Under the pieces are notes generated by a model, which did no database searches, was not told where the DNA came from, and saw nothing but the letters and a program-made list of their open reading frames with translations. From the human T2T-CHM13v2.0 reference genome, Homo sapiens, in assembly GCF_009914755.1 (NCBI RefSeq), contig NC_060938.1: DNA of 64,000 nucleotides; one strand, given 5' to 3'. Shown here piece by piece: positions 55,183 to 64,000 of this stretch. Position numbers and translations under genes: made by a program. The stretch's first letter is position 1. The number at the start of each line of letters is the position of its first letter.

Positions 55183-55714
55183 CCTGTCTGTGTCGTTGGC
55201 CTTATGACGAGGAGTGCCTGTGGGTTATCCTAATCGTTGTCTTGGTCACTCTTGGTTGGGCCTGGTTGACTTTGCCAGTCAGCTCCTACAGTGATCAGTT
55301 GGCCACCTCTAGATCTGTGTTTGCCGGTCTAGACGTTATCGGTGCACTTCCTTGAAGTGCCAGGTTGCAGCGATCCCAGAGCGTTGATAACGTGATCTGA
55401 TCCCTAAGTTGAGACCTGTCTTCCTGTAACGCTTCCGAATAAGAGGTCCGGTCGAAAAGAGTTGAAAGATACGAAATTAGGTGGTCGTTGGAATCCTGAT
55501 CGCAGTAAAGTGGTCCTTGGTAACTGCTCGAGTAGAACATGTCTGCATCCGCCAATAGTCCGCTAATAGGGAGGGCTGTGCGATTAAAGGCTTCCATCGA
55601 TTGGGTAGTGTCCTTCAAGTGGGTGGCGAAGAGCCAGTCGGGCATATGTCATGAAGGTTTCTCCGACCGATTAATGGTTTGCTGCTTGACTAGCCTAGGG
55701 AAATAATAATAAAG
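55183..55714 (+). other. SRSF5: SRSF5 poison (PTC-containing) alternative exon in intron 5
   Basis: Acceptor CAG|C 55182/55183; in-frame PVCVVGLMTRSACGLS* (TAA 55231-55233); likely donor AAG|GTAAAG 55714|55715; SR genes are known to carry conserved poison exons; 3' boundary less certain. Confidence 0.7.
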
Positions 55715-56138
55715 GTAAAGTAAACTTTTTTAATGACATATGGGGCACAAAATAACTGGTGTCTTGTAAATGTTCTGTTTTTTTAAATAAAACTTCTCTA
55801 CTTTAGTCTTTACTTTAAAAATATGTACTGTTTCCTTTTTTGTTGTTTTTTTGTTTGTTTTTTTTTCTTTTGTACTGAGCTCAGCATAGACTAATACTAC
55901 CTTAATGTTAAAATCTGAATTTCTTTTAGCATTTTGCTTAAAAGCAATATGCTATTTGCTTATTCCGTGCCCTGACATAGATAATTTTTGAATTCTGATA
56001 GAATACAAGTGTGGTAAATGCCATGTTTGTACTTTATCTAACATCTTCTCTTTCAGTAGTCTTGTTTTTTTTATATCATGTGATTGTTTGTGTGTCCCCT
56101 TTCCTCTTCTTTGCTTAACACAATTATCTTGTGTTAAG

Positions 56139-56212
56139 GATCTCAAAGATTTCATGAGACAAGCTGGGGAAGTAACGTTTGCGGATGCACACCGACCTAA
56201 ATTAAATGAAGG
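56139..56212 (+). CDS. SRSF5: SRSF5 exon 6 ([24 protein letters not shown])
   Basis: Completes the SWQDLKD motif; AAG acceptor, GTATGT donor. Confidence 0.97.
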
Positions 56213-56309
56213 GTATGTACTGGAAACTGTGAAAGTCTTTAAAAATATCCGGAAAATTTTACTGTGAACTTAGTTTTGAGGACTTAAAATTTGAATATGT
56301 TAGAATGCA

Positions 56310-56512
56310 GAGATTCTCCAGAGACAATTTTGCTGCTTCCCTCCTCCCCCCCACACCTTTGGCAGTGTCTGGAGACAAGTTTGGTTGTCACAACTGGTTG
56401 AGAGAGGATGCTGTTGGCATGTAGTCAGTAGGGGCTAGGCATCCTGCTAAGCATCCCACGGTGCATAGGGAACCCCCTCAACAATGAATTGGCTCAAAGT
56501 ATAACAGTGCCA
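56310..56512 (+). mobile_element. MER20 DNA transposon in SRSF5 intron 6
   Basis: TTTGGCAGTGTCTGGAGACA...TTGGTTGTCACAACTGG...ATGCTGTTGGCAT...GCTAAGCATCC. Confidence 0.7.
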
Positions 56513-56666
56513 AAACTTTGCTCTTTTAATGCTGTGTTATCCAGAAATAAGACTCAATAGTAGCAATAGCAAAAGTGAACATAGAAACGACTTACCTAGA
56601 CTGCTGTGTGCAATGTGTGAGACTACAGGATGTATATACTTTAAAAGTGGCTGTTTTCCATTTTAG

Positions 56667-56777
56667 GGTGGTTGAGTTTGCCTCTTATGGTGACTTAAAG
56701 AATGCTATTGAAAAACTTTCTGGAAAGGAAATAAATGGGAGAAAAATAAAATTAATTGAAGGCAGCAAAAGGCACAG
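56667..56777 (+). CDS. SRSF5: SRSF5 exon 7 ([36 protein letters not shown])
   Basis: In-phase boundaries. Confidence 0.97.
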
Positions 56778-56865
56778 GTATCTCTAATTTTTTAAAGTCA
56801 AAAGTTGTATTTAATGGGTTTGTTGTAGAGTCTTATCTAGGCTGATTTCTTTTCATTTTTCATAG

Positions 56866-57133
56866 TAGGTCAAGAAGCAGGTCTCGATCCCGGACCAGAA
56901 GTTCCTCTAGGTCTCGTAGCCGATCCCGTTCCCGTAGTCGCAAATCTTACAGCCGGTCAAGAAGCAGGAGCAGGAGCCGGAGCCGGAGCAAGTCCCGTTC
57001 TGTTAGTAGGTCTCCCGTGCCTGAGAAGAGCCAGAAACGTGGTTCTTCAAGTAGATCTAAGTCTCCAGCATCTGTGGATCGCCAGAGGTCCCGGTCCCGA
57101 TCAAGGTCCAGATCAGTTGACAGTGGCAATTAA
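56866..57133 (+). CDS. SRSF5: SRSF5 exon 8, RS domain ending SVDSGN*
   Basis: RS dipeptide repeats; TAA 57131-57133; TAGTAG tandem acceptor. Confidence 0.97.
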
Positions 57134-57657
57134 ACTGTAAATAACTTGCCCTGGGGGCCTTTTTTTAAAAAACAAAAACCACAAAAATTCCCAAACCATA
57201 CTTGCTAAAAATTCTGGTAAGTATGTGCTTTTCTGTGGGGGTGGGATTTGGAAGGGGGGTTGGGTTGGGCTGGATATCTTTGTAGATGTGGACCACCAAG
57301 GGGTTGTTGAAAACTAATTGTATTAAATGTCTTTTGATAAGCCTTCTGCTCACATTTTTGTGAATGTCTGAAGTATATAGTTTGTGTATATTGACAGAGC
57401 TCTTTTATAACTAAAGCAAATTTAATTTTTTTGTACTAGAAAAAAATTTGAACATTTTAGTTCTTGGTTATAAAAATGTTAATTCAGAATTAGTTTAATG
57501 CCTTAATTAAACTAATTAATAGCTTTGGACACTTAAAAGAGCTCTAAATTTGCTTGTACATAAAGGCTTAATTTGTTTTCCTTGTTAGGGTCAAGGGTGT
57601 CCTCCACTCTTTAACAGCTGCTGGACAGACACATTAGAGCAGCTGTTTGTTATTGAT

Positions 57658-57663
57658 AATAAA
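57658..57663 (+). terminator. SRSF5 poly(A) signal AATAAA
   Basis: AATAAA followed by U/GU-rich downstream element (57679-57695). Confidence 0.85.
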
Positions 57664-58005
57664 ATATTATAAAACTACTTTTTGTCTGTTTGTCTGAAGA
57701 AGTCCTATGCTGATTATTTCTCATCCTTATACAGTAGATTTAAAACACAGAACACATCCAGAATCCTGGAGTTGGTTACGGTCTCTCTTTAAAAATAATG
57801 TTTTTGACGTCTCCAGGCTAGTGAAAAGATACAGAAGTAAGTGAATGCCAAAATCACAATTGTTGAGTTTTGTGTCCGTGGCCCCCCTGTCCCCCAAAGT
57901 TCTTTCTCTATCTCCTGAATTTATTGGCATCAGGTTACTTAAGCTTCCAGAGCCAAGAGGAGGATAGTGTGGGAAGCAGTGTTTCTTGCCTACCTTAAAG
58001 ATTAG

Positions 58006-60654
<2,649 letters not shown>

Positions 60655-61089
60655 ATCTTTATTCCTTTCTAAGAATGGTTTGAGGCCAACCCTGTCTTCC
60701 TCAAAAGCTAAACAAATGTGTTCTTACATAACTTGTATGTAACCAAGTCTCCTAGCAGATGATGTTGGTTAGATAATAGAGAAAACAATTTGAACAGGTA
60801 GGTATATATGGATATAATAAGTAAAAATGATAGGTGGTAGCCTTGTCAAAAATCTGCGTTTTTAAGAGGATGTTAGTAACCCAAATCTGTGTTTCTCGTT
60901 TTGGTGTTGGGAGTACTTGTTAGTCCTGCACATTTGCCAAACTGATACCCGAAAACTATATTGTCTTGGTTTCATTTGTACCTGACCATACAAAATGATA
61001 AAAATCCCAAGTAACTAATAAGCATGATTGACTTTTTGTAATTGTTAATATTAGTTGTTAATCATTTACTTGATCCTTATTTACATATG

Positions 61090-61953
61090 ATATGCAAAAT
61101 GTTTAAATTTTATTAGAGACAATTTGAAATTTGTGAATTCTAGGTATTTGAACATTTTTCTTTGAATTGGGAAACGACTCATTTTGGCAGTAGTTTGCTG
61201 TACCCAGTTTTGGGGGCGCCTTGTGTTAAAACCAAATACCTACTGAACTTAAAAAAGAGATTATTAGTGAGGTAACATTGTGTTAATGTATGTGTTTGTT
61301 TCCTGGTTTTTCCTTGTCAAAAGTTTTCCTCCTCTACTAACATGATGCATTCGCCCAGTTTTTTCATTTCATTAGCTATTTTTTGAGTTTGTTTTGCCTG
61401 ATTGCATCTTACTGTGTTCACTTTTGCATACTTGATGTCAAATTTGACTTTTCGGGAGCATCATCCCAATAATGTCAAAAGGGAAGGAATAGGATCTGAA
61501 CTTTTTAGGTTAGAACTTCTGAAGTTTAATTCTACAGCACTTGTGAGCATTTATTTCTCTTTTGGGTCACAAAACTTGGAATGGGATTTGGGTATTTGAG
61601 TAATGGGTTAAACATATATATTGATTAGTTCAGGAATTGAGTGACTTTAAGATGCTTATCAGACACTTTTAGAGATCCCAGCAAGAGGCAGATTCGGTTT
61701 CTGGTTTCATAGAGTTTACAGTCACTGAACAAGTCTTTAAAATAAGTAGCAAATTCTAAGTTGGGGATAGGTGAGGCTTCTTGGGTAGACACCCTGTCTG
61801 TGTTCCCGGCCAAGACTTGATGATTCTGATAGATGTACTGGAAATGCTGGAGAAAGACTCAGGCAAGACTGGTGTTTTTGCTGCTCTCTCTAGTTTACCA
61901 CACTGGCTTTCAGAATTGCTTTGGGACCAGAATCCAGGCCACCAGGGGAAGGG
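61090..61953 (-). other. SLC10A1: SLC10A1 3' UTR with candidate poly(A) signals (AATAAA at 61550-61555 and 61109-61114; ATTAAA 61525-61530)
   Basis: Downstream of the stop codon on the minus strand; hexamers seen directly, cleavage sites inferred. Confidence 0.7.
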
Positions 61954-62060
61954 CTAGGCTGTGCAAGGGGAGCAGTCCTCCCCTTTGTAGGTGCCATTTC
62001 CCAGAGCTCCTGGAATTGTTTCTTCAGTTGTGGCAGCTGTGTAGATCATTTTTGTTTTAT
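61954..62060 (-). CDS. SLC10A1: SLC10A1 (NTCP, Na+/taurocholate cotransporter) last coding exon: (D)KTKMIYTAATTEETIPGALGNGTYKGEDCSPCTA*
   Basis: Minus-strand acceptor TTTACAG at 62061-62067; 107 nt to TAG (61954-61956); peptide matches the NTCP C-terminus; rest of gene lies beyond the window. Confidence 0.93.
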
Positions 62061-63250
62061 CTGTAAAGTTAAAAAGGGTTACAGGTGTAGAGAGAGAACA
62101 AGAGGAGTGAACAATGAAGCTTGTTTAATCTGGAAAGTACAAAAATACCAACTCAGCCCTAGAGTGTGCTAAGTATATATTTTCCATCTCTGTCGTCTCT
62201 CCCATGGTTTACTCTTTAAACTCACTTTCCCCTCAGTCTCCCTAATGGTAGTACTAGTAGTAAAAGTCCTAATGAATTAGACTATTGTGTCTTCATCATC
62301 ACTTCACTTCTAACTTCGTTATACAGTAAAACAACAGGAGATGAGTTTATGTATGCAAGGTCTGTGTTGCATTCAGGGAATGAGGAGGCAGGCAGGAAAG
62401 ATCTTCGAGAAAGTCTAACCAAGAGAGTTTCCAGTTCTTCCCTCCAACCCCCAATTGATCTACCTCTTCTTGTCCGTGGTGTAGGCGGTGATGCAAATTT
62501 GAAGATAGCTTTGATTCCTGCACCTTTCTATACAGATGGGAGAGTTCTCTATACAGAGTTGTTCTCCCATCAGGTGCAGGAATGAAAAGTATAAAAACTT
62601 GACAGATTCCTCCCCCCTGAGAATAGCTTCTTGGGGCCATTAGGTCCAAAGAAATACGTTGCTTTGATTTAGTGTTTCCACTGGGGTCTTCTGAGATACA
62701 CTGTGAGGAAAGTTCTTTTCAAGTCTTGAGAGCTAAAGATCCATAGAGTATTGTCCTTTGAGGTCACTTCAGGTCTTTCTGGTACTAAAACCTCAAATCT
62801 GGGAATTTGGTTGGTCTAGAAACTTCTGTGCACTTTTTGTAAGAGGGCAGCAAATCTCTTGCGTTCCTCTCAGATAAGCATCAGAGTAGATTCTTTCTCA
62901 CAACTCTACTGTAGCTTTGAACCAAAGCTTCTAAAATGGTTCTAGTGTATGGTCAGCCTGTACTTGTTTCGTGTTGGCTGCTTGGCAACCTAATTACATC
63001 TTAGCTAATTGCAAAGGGAGAGAGAATCGGCATTTGCTTGCTAGTATAATGTAACAAATTCCAATAGGGAAAGTTGTGTATTTCTCCTAGGGTGTAAATC
63101 ACAGTCCCTAGGGTCTAGAAAGGTTTTGAAGGGGACTTCAATTCATGGACATGAAGGGACAGTTGAAGGATTTGGGTAGGTACTTAGGAAGAATATACTA
63201 ATGTTGAGAGTTATAATGAAATGTGTTATAAAGTGGGTTTGAATGTCCTG

Positions 63251-63282
<32 letters not shown>

Positions 63283-64000
63283 GGTGTTAAAGTGCACTTT
63301 GAGGAAGGCACTGTTCTCTGGTCTGTCTTGAGGTTCAATTTTATTTTGAAAGGTAATACTCTGAGCATTTTAGAGAAGAGATGCTATGTTAACCCCATAG
63401 TGATCAGAGTAAAGTATAAATCATATTAAGTTTATTGTGGAGGTAGTTACTGTTTAACAACCGTATGCTTAAGTTTCCTTTACTGCGTAACTAGAGTTGA
63501 GGAATCTTTTTTTTTTTTCTTTATTCTGGGTTATATTAGGGTGCATTGCTTTCATATGTTTTTCCTCATACGGAGGTGCCAGTGGTGCTGTGGCTCTGAT
63601 CTGGTTCCAGGAAATGAGAACCTAGTCCTGAGAAATGGAAACTTCCCCAACTCTTGCGAATAGAGGCCTTTCACACAACTAATAACCTCAGTTGTCCAAG
63701 GCAGTTTTGTCCTATGATGTCTCCCCACTGAGACAAAGCAGCCCAAATTGCTTCAGTTTTATGAGGTAAACTGCATCTGCAATTTCATTCTCCCAGCTAG
63801 AAGGAAGAAATGGAGTGCAGTTGATGGAAGTAGTCTTGGATCTTTAATGCTTCTTGGGTGCTTCTTGGGGCTACCTGGTTCTTAGTGACTTGATAAGAGT
63901 TAAAGCCCTATCCAAAAAGTCCCTGCTAGAAACTTGCTTGTTGGCAGGCTCAGGTCTAATATTGGAGCAGAACTTGAAGTGGGGATAATTTCAGTACTCA

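Larger units (their letters stand above)
52790..57680 (+). other. SRSF5: SRSF5 (SRp40) gene span: non-coding exon 1 plus 7 coding exons; 272-aa RRM1-RRM2(SWQDLKD)-RS protein
   Basis: Spliced CDS 126+71+99+70+74+111+268 = 819 nt, all GT-AG introns in phase; TSS approximate. Confidence 0.97.

Noticed and set aside
56575-57129. ORF-track entries 56575-56787 (+) and 56947-57129 (-)
   Set aside because: The first is SRSF5 exon 7 read with flanking intron; the second is the antisense shadow of the RS repeat
61833-62172. Plus-strand ORFs over the SLC10A1 exon
   Set aside because: Antisense shadows; the real coding frame is on the minus strand

Overview
This is human (primate) genomic DNA, recognisable as the SUSD6-SRSF5-SLC10A1 locus (14q24). 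The first ~0.8 kb looks like the AU-rich end of a + strand 3' UTR, assigned to SUSD6/KIAA0247 from locus knowledge only. About 52 kb of repeat-dense sequence follows. It holds ~50 Alus (including a near-consensus AluYa5), MaLR LTRs, a MER41B solo LTR with two intact GAS motifs, a TSD-flanked MER4 provirus with a collapsed 5' LTR, and an orphan CpG island with a CTCF motif and a splice donor at ~12.4-12.9 kb. The complete SRSF5 (SRp40) gene lies on + at ~52790-57680; its 7 coding exons sum to 819 nt (272 aa). The last exon and 3' UTR of SLC10A1 (NTCP) lie on - at ~61090-62060. The most interesting signals are RNA-level elements inside SRSF5. (i) A C/D-box snoRNA-like element with a possible conformational switch sits in the retainable intron 4. 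(ii) A CpG-rich, structured poison exon has a donor that abuts a poly(A) signal. (iii) An alternative exon-1 donor adds uORFs. (iv) A near-perfect 5' splice site in the 3' UTR is masked by a cis U1-mimicking hairpin and could define an NMD-inducing 3' UTR intron. Almost all ORFs in the supplied track are Alu, low-complexity or antisense artefacts. Repeat subfamily names are from remembered consensus sequences and need RepeatMasker/Dfam confirmation.
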